Notes under the pieces: generated by a model | What the model was told of the DNA's origin: nothing | What the model saw: only the letters and a program-made list of their open reading frames with translations | Databases searched by the model: none | From: Alphaproteobacteria bacterium | Lineage (GTDB): Bacteria > Pseudomonadota > Alphaproteobacteria > SHVP01 | Direction of reading: 5' to 3' | Assembly (NCBI GenBank): GCA_016869765.1 | Contig: VGES01000002.1 | Coordinates: 59,964-123,963, forward strand | DNA: 64,000 nucleotides | Made by a program: the position numbers and the translations under genes | Shown: one piece after another, positions 39,219 through 50,772 of the stretch | Layout: each line of letters starts with the position of its first letter | How positions within the stretch are numbered: the stretch's first letter is position 1

Positions 39219-40161
39219 GCGCCCTCGTCCTCGCGGAACACGACAACAACGCCATTCGCTCGGCGACCCTGAACACGATCAGTGCCGCAGCCAAGGTCGA
39301 CGCCGACGTTCACGTGCTCGTCGCCGGCAAGGGTTGCGACGGCGCCGCCAAGGCGGCGGCGCAGATTCCGGGCGTCAAGAAAGTGCTCAAGGCCGACGAC
39401 GCCCGCTACGACCATCAGTTGGCCGAGCCGGTGGCCGCCCTGCTCGCCACCGTCGGCAAGAACTACGCCGCGATCCTCGCTCCGGCCGATACGTTCGGTA
39501 AGAACGTCCTGCCGCGCGCCGCCGCACTCCTCGATGTCGCCCAGATCTCCGACATCATTGCCGTCGTTTCGAGCGACACGTTCGTGCGACCGATCTATGC
39601 CGGCAACGCCATGGCGACCGTGCAGAGCGGCGACAAGATCAAGGTGATCACCGTCCGGACGACGGGGTTCCCGGCCGCGGCCACGACCGGCGGCAGCGCC
39701 ACGATCGAAGCGCTCGCGGCCGCAGCCGACCCCGGAGTGTCGAACTTCGTGAAACAGGAACTCTCGAAGTCCGAACGGCCGGAACTGACCAGCGCTAAGG
39801 TCATCGTCTCCGGCGGACGCGGCATGCAGTCGGGCGACAATTTCAAGAAGGTGCTCGAACCGTTGGCCGACGTGCTCGGTGCAGCAGTCGGTGCCAGCCG
39901 GGCGGCCGTCGATTCGGGATTCGTCCCGAACGATTTCCAGGTCGGCCAGACCGGCAAGATCGTCGCCCCCGAACTCTACATCGCTGTCGGCATCTCGGGC
40001 GCTATCCAGCACCTCGCCGGCATGAAGGACTCGAAGGTCATCGTCGCGATCAACAAGGACGAGGAGGCCCCGATCTTCCAGGTGGCCGACTTCGGAATCG
40101 TCGGCGACCTGTTCAAACTGGTCCCCGAACTCGAAGCCGAACTCAAGCGTAGGGCTGCGAA

Positions 40162-40165
<4 letters not shown>
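39215..40165 (+). CDS. etfA: Electron transfer flavoprotein subunit alpha
   Basis: [11 protein letters not shown]...; FAD-binding C-terminal domain [24 protein letters not shown]. 4-bp overlap with etfB. Confidence 0.9.
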
Positions 40166-41073
<908 letters not shown>

Positions 41074-41171
41074 CGGGCGCATAGCGCCCAACATCGTTCG
41101 GGCAGGTCTAGCCCGCCCGAGTCCCCCGCTTGTATGATGCGGCGCGCCGCCAGGACGCGCCGATCGCGATC

Positions 41172-42590
41172 ATGACCAAGAAAACCCCGACTTCGGCCGC
41201 CACCGGTGCGGCCGCCAACGCCCTATGGGGCGGCCGCTTTGCCGCCGGCCCCGCGGCGGTCATGCAGGAGATCAACGCCTCGATCGACTTCGACCGCCGC
41301 TTATACCGTCAGGATTTGGCGGGATCCCGGGCGCACTGCCGGATGCTCGTCGCGCAGAAGATTATCAGTGCCGAAGATGGCGCGGCGATCCTGCGCGGAC
41401 TCGACGAGATCGAGCACCAGATCGATTCGGGCACGTTCGTATTCGCCGCGGCGCTCGAAGATATCCATTTGAATATCGAGGCCCGTCTCAAGGAGCGGAT
41501 CGGAGACGCCGCCGGTCGGCTGCACACCGCCCGCTCGCGCAATGACCAGGTGGCCACCGACTTTCGCTTGTGGGTCCGTGATGCCATCGATGGGCTCACC
41601 ACCTCGATCATCGCGCTTCAACGTGCGCTACTCGCCAAGGCCGAAGCACATGTCGACACTGTCCTGCCCGGTTACACCCACCTGCAGGCTGCGCAGCCCG
41701 TGACCTTCGGGCATCACCTCCTGGCCTACGCCGAGATGCTCGATCGCGACCGCAGCCGCTTCGCCGATTGCCGCAAGCGCCTCAATGAATCACCGTTGGG
41801 TGCGGCCGCGTTGGCCGGAACGTCGTTCCCGATTGACCGCCACCAGACGGCGGCCGCCTTGGGCTTCGAGCGGCCGATGGCCAACTCGATGGACGCCGTG
41901 TCGGCGAGGGACTTTGCGGCCGAATTCCTTTCCGTCTGCGCTATCTCCGGTGTTCACCTGTCGCGCCTGGCCGAGGAAATCACGATCTGGATGAGCCCAG
42001 CGTTCGGCTTCATCGCCCTGTCGGACGCGTTTTCGACCGGCTCCTCGATCATGCCGCAGAAGCGCAATCCGGACGCGGCCGAGCTGATTCGCGCCAAGGC
42101 CGGCCGGATGATCGGCGACCTCGCAACCCTGTTGATCGCGCTCAAGGGTCTCGCCCTCACCTATGCCAAAGACATGCAGGAGGACAAGGAGCCGGTGTTC
42201 GACGCGGCCGACACACTCCACCTCGGGCTCACGGCGATGGCGGGAATGATTGGCGATATGACCGTGAACGCGACCGCGATGCGAGCGGCCGCGGAGCGCG
42301 GGTTCATGACGGCGACCGATCTCGCCGATTGGCTCGTCCGCCGGCTCGGCTTACCGTTCCGGCGCGCTCACGAGGTCGCCGGACGACTCGTCCGGGTGGC
42401 CGAGACCAAAGGCTGTGATCTCGCCGCGCTTTCGCTCGCCGACATGCAGGCTGTCGAAAGCGGCATCACCCGCGAGGTCTATGACGTGATCACGATCGAG
42501 CGCGCCGTCGCGAGTCGCACGAGTTACGGTGGCACCGCGCCCGCGCGTGTGCGCGAGGCGATCGCTGCTTTCAAGGAGCGTCTGCCGTGA
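41172..42590 (+). CDS. argH: Argininosuccinate lyase
   Basis: [37 protein letters not shown]...[12 protein letters not shown] (fumarate lyase signature). Confidence 0.9.
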   Translation: MTKKTPTSAATGAAANALWGGRFAAGPAAVMQEINASIDFDRRLYRQDLAGSRAHCRMLVAQKIISAEDGAAILRGLDEIEHQIDSGTFVFAAALEDIHLNIEARLKERIGDAAGRLHTARSRNDQVATDFRLWVRDAIDGLTTSIIALQRALLAKAEAHVDTVLPGYTHLQAAQPVTFGHHLLAYAEMLDRDRSRFADCRKRLNESPLGAAALAGTSFPIDRHQTAAALGFERPMANSMDAVSARDFAAEFLSVCAISGVHLSRLAEEITIWMSPAFGFIALSDAFSTGSSIMPQKRNPDAAELIRAKAGRMIGDLATLLIALKGLALTYAKDMQEDKEPVFDAADTLHLGLTAMAGMIGDMTVNATAMRAAAERGFMTATDLADWLVRRLGLPFRRAHEVAGRLVRVAETKGCDLAALSLADMQAVESGITREVYDVITIERAVASRTSYGGTAPARVREAIAAFKERLP

Positions 42591-42715
42591 ACCGTTGGTT
42601 GGCCCTGCTGCTCGCCGTTCTGATCGCGGGCGGCGTGCTCAATGCCTGTGGCAAGAAGGGGCCACTGAAGCCGCCCGAGGACTCGCGCGAGACGCGGAAG
42701 GAACAGGAGCGCTAG
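42587..42715 (+). CDS. Tiny lipoprotein (LptM/YifL-like), 42 aa
   Basis: GTG start overlapping the argH stop. AAGGAG ribosome-binding site 8 nt upstream. [21 protein letters not shown]|[12 protein letters not shown]... has a lipobox and the GxKGPL motif shared with E. coli YifL/LptM. Confidence 0.5.
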   Translation: MNRWLALLLAVLIAGGVLNACGKKGPLKPPEDSRETRKEQER

Positions 42716-42719
42716 CGCG

Positions 42720-43997
42720 ATGGACCATTTCGTCTACCGCGGCGGCGCGCTGCATGCCGAGGACGTTGCCCTCGCAACGATCGCCGAACACGTGGGAACG
42801 CCGTTTTACTGCTATGCCGCGGCGACGCTGCGCCGCCACTACCGCGTTTTTCGCGACGCCCTGGCGGGAGTCGACTCGCAGGTCTTCTACGCGCTCAAGG
42901 CCAATTCGAATCTGGCCGTCGTCGCCCTGCTGGCGGCCGAAGGAGCCGGCGCCGATGTCGTGTCGGAGGGGGAGATCCGGCGAGCCCTGGCCGCCGGCGT
43001 TCCGCCCGAGCGCATCGTGTTCTCCGGCGTAGGCAAGTCCGAGAGCGAAATCGCCTTCGCGCTCGATTCGCGCATCCATCAGTTCAACGTCGAATCCGAG
43101 CCCGAGTTGATCGTGCTCAGTCGACTCGCGGCCGCGCGCCAAGTCACGGCCGATATAGCGATCCGGATCAACCCGGATGTCGACGCCGCAACCCACGCCA
43201 AGATCACCACGGGTAAACGCGAGAATAAGTTCGGCATCGCCTGGCCTTACGCGCGCGAAGTCTACCGCCGGGCGGCCGCGCTGCCGGCAATTGCCGTCCG
43301 TGGCATCGCCGTACATATCGGCTCGCAGCTCACCGACCTCGGACCGTTCGAAGCAGCGTTCCGCATCGTCGCCGATGCCGTACGCATGTTGCGTCAAGAC
43401 GGCCACCGGATCGATCGCCTCGACTTTGGCGGGGGCCTCGGTGTCCCCTACGGCGAGGAGGCCCCCCCTAGCCCCGCCGCCTATGGCGCCGCCGTCAAGC
43501 GGATCGCAGGCCAGCTCGGGTGCAGGCTGATGTTCGAGCCCGGGCGGCTGCTGGTCGCCAACGCTGGGATCCTCGTTACCCGCGTCATCTACGTGAAGAA
43601 AAGCGATGATCGCACGTTCGTGATCGTCGACGCCGCGATGAACGACCTCATCCGGCCTACGCTGTATGAGGCCAAACACACCGTCGTGACCGTCCGCGAA
43701 CGACCAGCAGGCGCCGAATCGAGCCGCGTCGACGTGGTAGGCCCGGTTTGCGAGACCGGGGACTACCTGGCCCTCGACCACCCACTTCCGACAGTGCACG
43801 CAGGCGAGTTGCTCGCGATCCGCACGGCGGGCGCCTATGGTGCGGTAATGGCCTCCAGCTATAATAGTCGGCCGATTGTGCCGGAAGTCTTGGTCAGCGC
43901 CGGGCGGTATTCCGTCGTTCGATCGCGGCCAAGCTATCGGGATATGTTGTCAGGTGAATCGATTCCGGACTGGGCTCGATCGGAGGCCAGCCGGTAA
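42720..43997 (+). CDS. lysA: Diaminopimelate decarboxylase
   Basis: FYALKANSNLAV (PLP Lys)...GGGLGVPY...CETGDYLA. Confidence 0.9.
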   Translation: MDHFVYRGGALHAEDVALATIAEHVGTPFYCYAAATLRRHYRVFRDALAGVDSQVFYALKANSNLAVVALLAAEGAGADVVSEGEIRRALAAGVPPERIVFSGVGKSESEIAFALDSRIHQFNVESEPELIVLSRLAAARQVTADIAIRINPDVDAATHAKITTGKRENKFGIAWPYAREVYRRAAALPAIAVRGIAVHIGSQLTDLGPFEAAFRIVADAVRMLRQDGHRIDRLDFGGGLGVPYGEEAPPSPAAYGAAVKRIAGQLGCRLMFEPGRLLVANAGILVTRVIYVKKSDDRTFVIVDAAMNDLIRPTLYEAKHTVVTVRERPAGAESSRVDVVGPVCETGDYLALDHPLPTVHAGELLAIRTAGAYGAVMASSYNSRPIVPEVLVSAGRYSVVRSRPSYRDMLSGESIPDWARSEASR

Positions 43998-44002
43998 CGG
44001 GA

Positions 44003-46477
44003 GTGCGAATGAACGATACGACCGGCGCGACTCGCCGGACCCTCGCCTACCGCGCCCGTCTGGTCGTCTCCAAACTGGTCCTGACGTGGGAACAGCTTTG
44101 GCCACCGGTATGGCCGGCGGCGGCGTTGGCCGCGATCTACGCGGCCACCGCACTGTTCGGTTTCTTCACCAACATGGCGGCATGGCTGCACGCGATCGTG
44201 CTGTCGATCGGTGCGATCGGGGGCGCGTTTCTGTTGCTTCGGGGCTGGCGGCAGGTCCGGTGGCCTGGACGGGACCGTGCGCGACGGCGCCTCGAGGTCG
44301 CCTCGGCCGTCGTCCATCGGCCGCTCGCCGCTGTCGAAGACCGCCTGGCAACGGGTGATGGCAGCGACCCGTTGATGACCGCGCTGTGGAACGAACATCG
44401 CCGGCGTATGGCCGCCGCCGCGCGAGATATTCGCCTGTCGTTGCCCAACGCGGGCTGGGGGCGGCGCGTCGATCCGTTCGGTGCACGGGCAATCGTCGCC
44501 GTGGTGCTCGTCGGCGGATTCTTGTTTGCCGGCAGTGATGCCGAACGCCGGTTGCTGGACGGCCTGCGTCCGAATTTCGCCCGGGCCCAGGCCGCGAGCA
44601 CGACGTTCGATGCCTGGATCACGCCACCCTCCTACACCGGCATGGCGCCCGTGTTCCTGCGCGCCGAAGCGAGCGGTGGCGAGTTGTCGGTTCCGACCGG
44701 CAGCATCCTCGTGGCTCGAATCCATGGCGGCCGACGCGCACCGGAATTGCACGTCGATAGCGAACGGAAGCCGTTCCAACCGATCGGGCGCCAGGACTAC
44801 GAAATCGAGCACAAGATCGTCGATGGGCGCGCTCTATCGTTGCACCACGGTAGTGCGACGATCGGCCGGTGGACGCTGAGCGTCATACCCGACGTGGCGC
44901 CGACGATCGAGTTCGCGGAACCCCCATCGACGAGTGCGCGCGAGGCCCTGCGCATTTCCTACGATGCGCGCGACGACTATGGCCTTGCCAAGGTCGAAGC
45001 CATAGTCAAACGCCAGGACACCGACGAGACGATGACCATCGAATTGCCGCTGGCAAGGTCGACCAACGGCTCATCGGCCGAAACCAGCTATCACGACCTG
45101 ACGCCGCACCCCTGGGCGGGGTTGCCGGTCATCCTGCAGCTGTCGGCAACCGATGAGATCGGCCAGAACGGCGTCTCGGAAGAAGCCGAGGTGACGCTGC
45201 CCGAGCGACGTTTCACCCACCCCATCGCCAAGGCGATCGTGGAACAACGCAAGGTGCTGGCCCTCGCGCCGCACCACCGTGAGCCCGTCGCCCGAGCGCT
45301 GGCGCGCATCGCGTCCGAACCACAACGCTTCTACGACGACACCACCGCGTTCCTCGCGCTGCGCGTCGCGATTTCGCGCCTGATGCGGGGCGAAAAGACC
45401 AAGGCGGTCGCCGATGAGGTCGTCGATCTCCTGTGGAGCACGGCGCTACGCATCGAAGACGGCAACCTGTCGCTCGCCGAGGCCGAGTTGCGAGCCGCGC
45501 AGGACCGGCTGCTCGACGCCCTGTCGCGCAACGCCGACGACGAAGAGATCGAACAGCGCATGGCCGAGGTGCGCGAGGCCCTGGAGAAATTCCTCAGGGC
45601 CCTGGCCGAACGGGCGCTCCAGAACCGCCAGCTCGGCGAACTAATGCCGCAGAACCTGCCGCCAAACTCGCTGATCGATTCGGAGCAGTTGAAGAACCTG
45701 CTCGACCGCGCGCTCGATCTCAGCCGGACCGGCTCCAAGGACGCCGCCCGCGAACTTCTAGCCCAGCTCCGGGAGTTGCTCGAGAACCTCCGCGAAGGGC
45801 TGATGTCGGGCGAAATGATGTCCGGGATGCCCGGCGAGGAACTGCTGCAAGACCTCAACGACCTGATGCGCATGCAGCAGGAGTTGCTCGACGAGGCCTT
45901 TCGCGAGGGCCAACAGCAACGCGGCCAAGGGCAACAGGGCCAGGGAGATCCCAACCAGCGCGGCCGACCGCAGCAGGGCCAGGGCCAGGGGCCAGGTCAA
46001 GGGATGTCCGACCGCCAGGAGAACCTGCGGCGGATGCTGGGTGAGATCATGCGTCGGCTCGGCGAAGGCGGCTCCGACATTCCGGGGGCCTTCGGCAAGG
46101 CCGAGCGCAACATGAACGACGCCCGAAGTGAACTCGAGGCCCGGCGCCCGGGCTCCGCTGTCGGCCCGATGACCGATGCCCTCGACGCTCTGCGTCAGGG
46201 AGCCAATGCGGTCATCCGCGAAATGCTCGAGGCGATGGGCGTCGATCCCGGGCTCGACGGAACTGGCGCCAACCCGTTCACGCGGGTCGGGCGCGATCCG
46301 TTGGGCCGGCCGCAGTCGGGATTCGGTATTTTCGACGATGAGCGGATCGCGATCCCCGACGAATCCGACGTGCAGCGTGCCCGCGACATCCTGCGCGAAC
46401 TGCACCGTCGCGCCGGCGACCGCAACCGCCCGAAGGTCGAACTCGACTACATCGAACGGCTGCTGCGACGCTTCTAA
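44003..46477 (+). CDS. TIGR02302/DUF4175 family membrane protein
   Basis: 824 aa with N-terminal transmembrane segments and a large Ala/Arg/Glu-rich helical body with a Gln/Gly-rich tract. Conserved position downstream of lysA in alphaproteobacteria. Confidence 0.7.
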   Translation: MRMNDTTGATRRTLAYRARLVVSKLVLTWEQLWPPVWPAAALAAIYAATALFGFFTNMAAWLHAIVLSIGAIGGAFLLLRGWRQVRWPGRDRARRRLEVASAVVHRPLAAVEDRLATGDGSDPLMTALWNEHRRRMAAAARDIRLSLPNAGWGRRVDPFGARAIVAVVLVGGFLFAGSDAERRLLDGLRPNFARAQAASTTFDAWITPPSYTGMAPVFLRAEASGGELSVPTGSILVARIHGGRRAPELHVDSERKPFQPIGRQDYEIEHKIVDGRALSLHHGSATIGRWTLSVIPDVAPTIEFAEPPSTSAREALRISYDARDDYGLAKVEAIVKRQDTDETMTIELPLARSTNGSSAETSYHDLTPHPWAGLPVILQLSATDEIGQNGVSEEAEVTLPERRFTHPIAKAIVEQRKVLALAPHHREPVARALARIASEPQRFYDDTTAFLALRVAISRLMRGEKTKAVADEVVDLLWSTALRIEDGNLSLAEAELRAAQDRLLDALSRNADDEEIEQRMAEVREALEKFLRALAERALQNRQLGELMPQNLPPNSLIDSEQLKNLLDRALDLSRTGSKDAARELLAQLRELLENLREGLMSGEMMSGMPGEELLQDLNDLMRMQQELLDEAFREGQQQRGQGQQGQGDPNQRGRPQQGQGQGPGQGMSDRQENLRRMLGEIMRRLGEGGSDIPGAFGKAERNMNDARSELEARRPGSAVGPMTDALDALRQGANAVIREMLEAMGVDPGLDGTGANPFTRVGRDPLGRPQSGFGIFDDERIAIPDESDVQRARDILRELHRRAGDRNRPKVELDYIERLLRRF

Positions 46478-47004
46478 CGCTGCGACAGCGTCCCGATATA
46501 CGGCAATTCGCGGTGGCGATGAGCATGATCGAGCCCGTAGCCGACCACGAATACCTCGGGGCAATCGAACCCCACGAAATCGGCCTCGAGTTCGACCTTG
46601 CGTTTGTGTGGCTTGTCGAGCAGGACGGCAATCCGCACTTGGGCAGCCCCTCGCTTCTTCAGGAGATCGCGGGCGAAGCCTAGCGTTCGGCCCGACTCGA
46701 GGATGTCGTCCACGAGAAGGACATGGCGGCCCGCGACCGGTTGTTCGAGGTCGTGGCGAACGACAACCCGACCCGAACTCTCCGTGCCTTCGCGGTAGCT
46801 TTCGAGCATGACGAAATCGACCTCGGGCCGCGCCCCAGCGCGCCCGACGGCCCGGATGAGGTCGGCGGCAAAGACGAAGCCGCCCTTGAGCACAGCGACT
46901 ACGACCAAGTCGGGCGGCATCGATGTCCCAATCTCGCGGCCCATGGCCTCCACCCGCTCAGCGATGGCTTTGGCGCTGAAGAGTTCTTTGGGGGCAAGTG
47001 TCAT
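46474..47004 (-). CDS. hpt: Hypoxanthine phosphoribosyltransferase
   Basis: HVLLVDDILESGRTL PRPP-binding motif. Start taken at MTLAPKELF (47004); the track ORF extends to 47070. Confidence 0.85.
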   Translation of the reverse strand: MTLAPKELFSAKAIAERVEAMGREIGTSMPPDLVVVAVLKGGFVFAADLIRAVGRAGARPEVDFVMLESYREGTESSGRVVVRHDLEQPVAGRHVLLVDDILESGRTLGFARDLLKKRGAAQVRIAVLLDKPHKRKVELEADFVGFDCPEVFVVGYGLDHAHRHRELPYIGTLSQR

Positions 47005-47035
47005 GGCTGGCGCTCGTACGTCAGGCCAGCCCGAC

Positions 47036-47713
47036 CTAGCCGCCGCCAGCCGAGGGATCGAAGGTGACAACCAGGCTGTTGCCGTCGGAACGTGGCTTGT
47101 CGAGCTTGCGCGTGAACGCGACGCGCTCCCCCGGGTCGAGGGCCCCGACCGGCGGCGGGAACGTCCACGACTGGAGTTCGCGGCGGTTGTTGAACAGGGT
47201 CGCCCGCATCGGCGGAACCTTGCGGCTGGTGCTCGAAACGTTGACGACCTCGCCCGAGATTTCGATGGCGCTGCCGTCGGCGTTCGGCGCGACCTTGACC
47301 TCGCGCACCTCCAGGCCCGAACCCGGCGCCTCGGCGAGCCCGATCAACTCGTAAAGCGTCGTGGCCGGGGGAAAGACCCGCATGACGGTGTCGCCGGCAA
47401 AAAGCAGTCCCGATATCAGGCCAAAGAACACGAGGGCGAAGGCGCCCCAGGCGGCCAGGGTCCCTGTATTGCTCGACGGCTGTGGGCGCCGGCGAGCGAC
47501 CGGCGCGGGCCGCCGGGGCGTCGGACGCGGCCGCTCGGTCCCGAAATCCGGAACGACCTCGGGCTCGGGCGTCGCGACCGGCCGTCCTGCCGTTGGTGGC
47601 CGTTCCGTCCAGCTGTGCGCGCACTTGACGCAACGTAGTCGCCGCCCATTCGGGATCAGGACTTCCGGCTCAAGCTGAAAGCGCGTGCCACAGTTTGGGC
47701 AAGTAACGATCAT
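47036..47713 (-). CDS. MJ0042-type zinc-ribbon domain protein (DUF3426-like), upstream of ftsEX
   Basis: MIVTCPNCGTRFQLEPEVLIPNGRRLRCVKCAHSW zinc ribbon. Pro-rich linker, transmembrane segment and C-terminal domain. Confidence 0.7.
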   Translation of the reverse strand: MIVTCPNCGTRFQLEPEVLIPNGRRLRCVKCAHSWTERPPTAGRPVATPEPEVVPDFGTERPRPTPRRPAPVARRRPQPSSNTGTLAAWGAFALVFFGLISGLLFAGDTVMRVFPPATTLYELIGLAEAPGSGLEVREVKVAPNADGSAIEISGEVVNVSSTSRKVPPMRATLFNNRRELQSWTFPPPVGALDPGERVAFTRKLDKPRSDGNSLVVTFDPSAGGG

Positions 47714-47841
47714 GCTAGCCGTTTGATTCTGCGCCAGAATCCTTATAGGGCCTGACCGGAATCGGCGCAAGCGTAGCGCCTTTACGCTTTGGCGGGCCCG
47801 TGCGATTCTGCGCCACCCGCGGCGCCCCGGAGTTCGTCTTG

Positions 47842-48561
47842 GTGGTTCGTTTCGAACACGTCGGCTTGCGCTACGAAAACGGGCCCAATGTGCTCGACGA
47901 CGTCTCGTTCACGCTCGAGCCCGGCTCGTTTCACTTCCTGACCGGCCCCAGCGGCGCCGGCAAGACCTCGCTGCTCAAGCTCATGTATCTGGCCCAGCGC
48001 CCAACCAAGGGGCGGATCGTCATGTTCGACCGCGACGTCACCGCAGCGAAGCGCCGCGACTTACCGGGGCTGCGCCGGCGGATCGGCGTCGTATTCCAGG
48101 ATTTTCGCCTGCTCAACCACCTGACCGCCCTGGAAAACGTCGCCCTGCCCCTGCGTATTGCCGGCGCCAAGCGGCGCCAGATCGAGGCTCACGTCTCGGA
48201 ACTCCTCGCCTGGGTCGGCCTGTCTGGTCAACTCGAGGCCAAGCCGCCGACCCTTTCGGATGGCGAAAAGCAACGCGTGGCGATCGCCCGCGCCGTCATC
48301 GGCCGGCCACGGCTGCTGCTGGCCGACGAACCCACCGGCAACATCGACCTCGATCAGGGCCTGCGTGTGCTCCGCCTGTTCGAGGAACTCAACAAGATCG
48401 GCACCACCGTGGTGATCGCGACACACGATCGCTCGCTCGTCAGCACCATCCGCCTGCCTGAACTCCGCCTCGCCGAGGGGAGACTGACTGTGCACCAGCC
48501 GGCCCGGGCGCAACCGACCGAAGGTTCGACCCGCGCCGTACCCTCGCGCGGCGGCCTATGA
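47842..48561 (+). CDS. ftsE: Cell division ATP-binding protein FtsE
   Basis: GPSGAGKTSL Walker A; LSDGEKQRVAIARA signature; LLLADEPTGNID Walker B. GTG start at VVRFEHVGL proposed; the track ORF begins at 47800. Confidence 0.85.
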   Translation: MVRFEHVGLRYENGPNVLDDVSFTLEPGSFHFLTGPSGAGKTSLLKLMYLAQRPTKGRIVMFDRDVTAAKRRDLPGLRRRIGVVFQDFRLLNHLTALENVALPLRIAGAKRRQIEAHVSELLAWVGLSGQLEAKPPTLSDGEKQRVAIARAVIGRPRLLLADEPTGNIDLDQGLRVLRLFEELNKIGTTVVIATHDRSLVSTIRLPELRLAEGRLTVHQPARAQPTEGSTRAVPSRGGL

Positions 48562-49445
48562 GCCTCGCCCGTTCCGAACTGCAACTGCACCGCGACCCCA
48601 CCCGACGTATGGTCGGGTTTCTGATCGGCGCCATGGTCTACCTGGCCGCGCTTGCCGTGACGGGCGGCCTCATGGTCGGAACGACGATCAACCGTTGGAG
48701 CGATGACCTGCGGGGCAACCTGACGGTCCAGTTGCCTGGGGTCACCGCGGCCGGGGCGGCTGAGGCGACCGGCCGGATTGATACGGTGGTCTCGACCCTG
48801 CTCGAAACCCAGGGCGTGGCGGGCGCTCGCGCCCTGCCGCGCCGCGAGCTCCTGTCGCTGCTCGAGCGCTGGCTTGGCCGCGGCAACATCCCGGATGATC
48901 TGCCGATTCCCGCCCTGATCGACGTCACCCTGGAGCCGGGCGTTCGGATCGATCTCGACGACCTGCAGCGGCGTTTGGCCCGCGAGGTACCGGGCGCTCG
49001 GATCAGCGACAACGGAATCGTGCTCGATCGCCTGGTGCGGCTGGCGCACTCCGTCCAGGCGGCCGCCCTCGCCATCGTGCTTCTGGTCGGGTTGGCCGCC
49101 GTCGCGATCATCACGTTCGTGACGCGGGCGGGGCTCGCCATGCACCACGAGACCATCGAGCTTCTGCACCTGATCGGGGCGCGCAACAACTACATCGCAC
49201 GCCAGTTCGTCCGCCACGTCGTCGGCGTCGCCCTTGTCGGTGGAATCCTCGGGCTCCTGGCAGCGGCCGGCACGATCCTCGGACTGGCCCGAGTCGCCGC
49301 CGATATCGACGTGTTTCGCTGGCCGACCATTTCGCTCGCCGATCCGCAACTGGTCGCACTACTGACGTTGCCGCTGGTCGCTGCGGTCATCGCCATGGTG
49401 ACGGCCCGTCTCACCGTGGCCGGGGCCCTGCGCCGACTGCCCTGA
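48558..49445 (+). CDS. ftsX: Cell division permease FtsX
   Basis: Four-transmembrane FtsX topology with a periplasmic loop. 4-bp overlap with ftsE. Confidence 0.8.
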   Translation: MSLARSELQLHRDPTRRMVGFLIGAMVYLAALAVTGGLMVGTTINRWSDDLRGNLTVQLPGVTAAGAAEATGRIDTVVSTLLETQGVAGARALPRRELLSLLERWLGRGNIPDDLPIPALIDVTLEPGVRIDLDDLQRRLAREVPGARISDNGIVLDRLVRLAHSVQAAALAIVLLVGLAAVAIITFVTRAGLAMHHETIELLHLIGARNNYIARQFVRHVVGVALVGGILGLLAAAGTILGLARVAADIDVFRWPTISLADPQLVALLTLPLVAAVIAMVTARLTVAGALRRLP

Positions 49446-49988
49446 ATGTTGATCTTGCTCGACCGTGACGGGGTGCTCAACGAAGAGCGCCGCGACTACG
49501 TCAAATCGGTGGACGAAATCGTTCTCCTGCCTGGGGCGGCCGAGGCCGTGGCGGTTCTCAACCGCGCCGGGCATCATGTCGTGGTCGTCAGCAATCAATC
49601 GGCGGTCGGCCGAGGCATGATCTCGCAGGCTCAGCTCGACGAGATCATGGCCGCGTTGGTTCGACGGTTGGAGCGTACCGGCGCTCGGCTCGACGCTGTT
49701 CTGTTCTGCACCGACCCGCCATGGGCGGCGACCGATCGCCGCAAACCCGGCCCCGGCATGCTGATCGAGGCCATGGCGCGCTTCGATACGCCGGCGCACG
49801 ACACGATCATGATCGGCGACAGCCTGCGCGATCTTCAAGCGGCCGTCCGCGCCGGTTGCCGGCGGGCCCTCGTGCGCACCGGGAACGGTCGCGACACCGA
49901 GGCCAAAGGACTGCCGGCCGATATCCTCCCGTGTCCGATCTACGACGACCTGGCGGCGTTCGCGCGTGCTCTGGGACCGGCCTCGTGA
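49446..49988 (+). CDS. HAD-IIIA family hydrolase (GmhB-like heptose bisphosphate/histidinol phosphatase family)
   Basis: LILLDRDGVLNEE (DxDGT/V motif I)...VVVVSNQS...GDSLRD. Confidence 0.7.
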   Translation: MLILLDRDGVLNEERRDYVKSVDEIVLLPGAAEAVAVLNRAGHHVVVVSNQSAVGRGMISQAQLDEIMAALVRRLERTGARLDAVLFCTDPPWAATDRRKPGPGMLIEAMARFDTPAHDTIMIGDSLRDLQAAVRAGCRRALVRTGNGRDTEAKGLPADILPCPIYDDLAAFARALGPAS

Positions 49989-50725
49989 ACCCATTCCCGC
50001 GCGAGGCACCGGTTTTCCGTTCGGTTCTGTTTCAGGTCGCTTTCTGGCTGTGGTCGGTCGTCATGAACCTCGCATGGCTACCGGCCCTGCTGTTGCCACC
50101 ACGGGCCACGGTCATCGGCCAGACCGTGTGGGCCAAGGGCGTCATGACGCTCCTGCGCTGGATCGTGGGCACGCGGGTCGAGATCCGCGGCCGAACGCAC
50201 CTCCCGTCTGGGCCGGTGATCGTCGCCTCCAAGCATCAGTCCGCCTGGGACACGATCATCTTCCACATCGTCACCGACGATCCCGCCATCGTGATGAAGC
50301 GGGAACTGATGTGGATTCCGGTCTACGGCTGGTACTGCCTCAAGACGCGGATGATCGCGATCGACCGCGGGTCGGGGCCCAAGGCGCTGCGTGGCTTGAT
50401 CGGAGCCGCCGAAACGGCCGTGAAATCCGGCCGGCCGATCGTGATCTTTCCACAGGGCACGCGTGTCGCTCCCGGGACGAAGGCGCCCTACTTGCCGGGG
50501 GCGGCGGCCCTCTACAACAAACTGCAGGTTCCCGTCGTACCGGTTGCGCTCAATTCCGGAGTATTTTGGCCGCGCCGCAGCTGGCGCCGCCGCCAGGGCA
50601 CGATCGTGCTCGAATTCCTGCCCGCCATTCCGCCGGGGCTAGATCGCCGCTTCTTCGCTCGTCGCCTGGAGGACACACTCGAACGCGAGAGCCAACGCTT
50701 GGTCGATGAAGCCCGGCGTGGCTAG
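49985..50725 (+). CDS. plsC: 1-acyl-sn-glycerol-3-phosphate acyltransferase (PlsC family)
   Basis: GTG start overlapping the upstream stop. VASKHQSAWDT (HxxxxD acyltransferase motif)...IFPQGTR. Confidence 0.75.
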   Translation: MNPFPREAPVFRSVLFQVAFWLWSVVMNLAWLPALLLPPRATVIGQTVWAKGVMTLLRWIVGTRVEIRGRTHLPSGPVIVASKHQSAWDTIIFHIVTDDPAIVMKRELMWIPVYGWYCLKTRMIAIDRGSGPKALRGLIGAAETAVKSGRPIVIFPQGTRVAPGTKAPYLPGAAALYNKLQVPVVPVALNSGVFWPRRSWRRRQGTIVLEFLPAIPPGLDRRFFARRLEDTLERESQRLVDEARRG

Positions 50726-50772
50726 CCTCGGCTGCAGGTCGTAACATCGCGCGAGCAACGCGGGAGGGGCCC

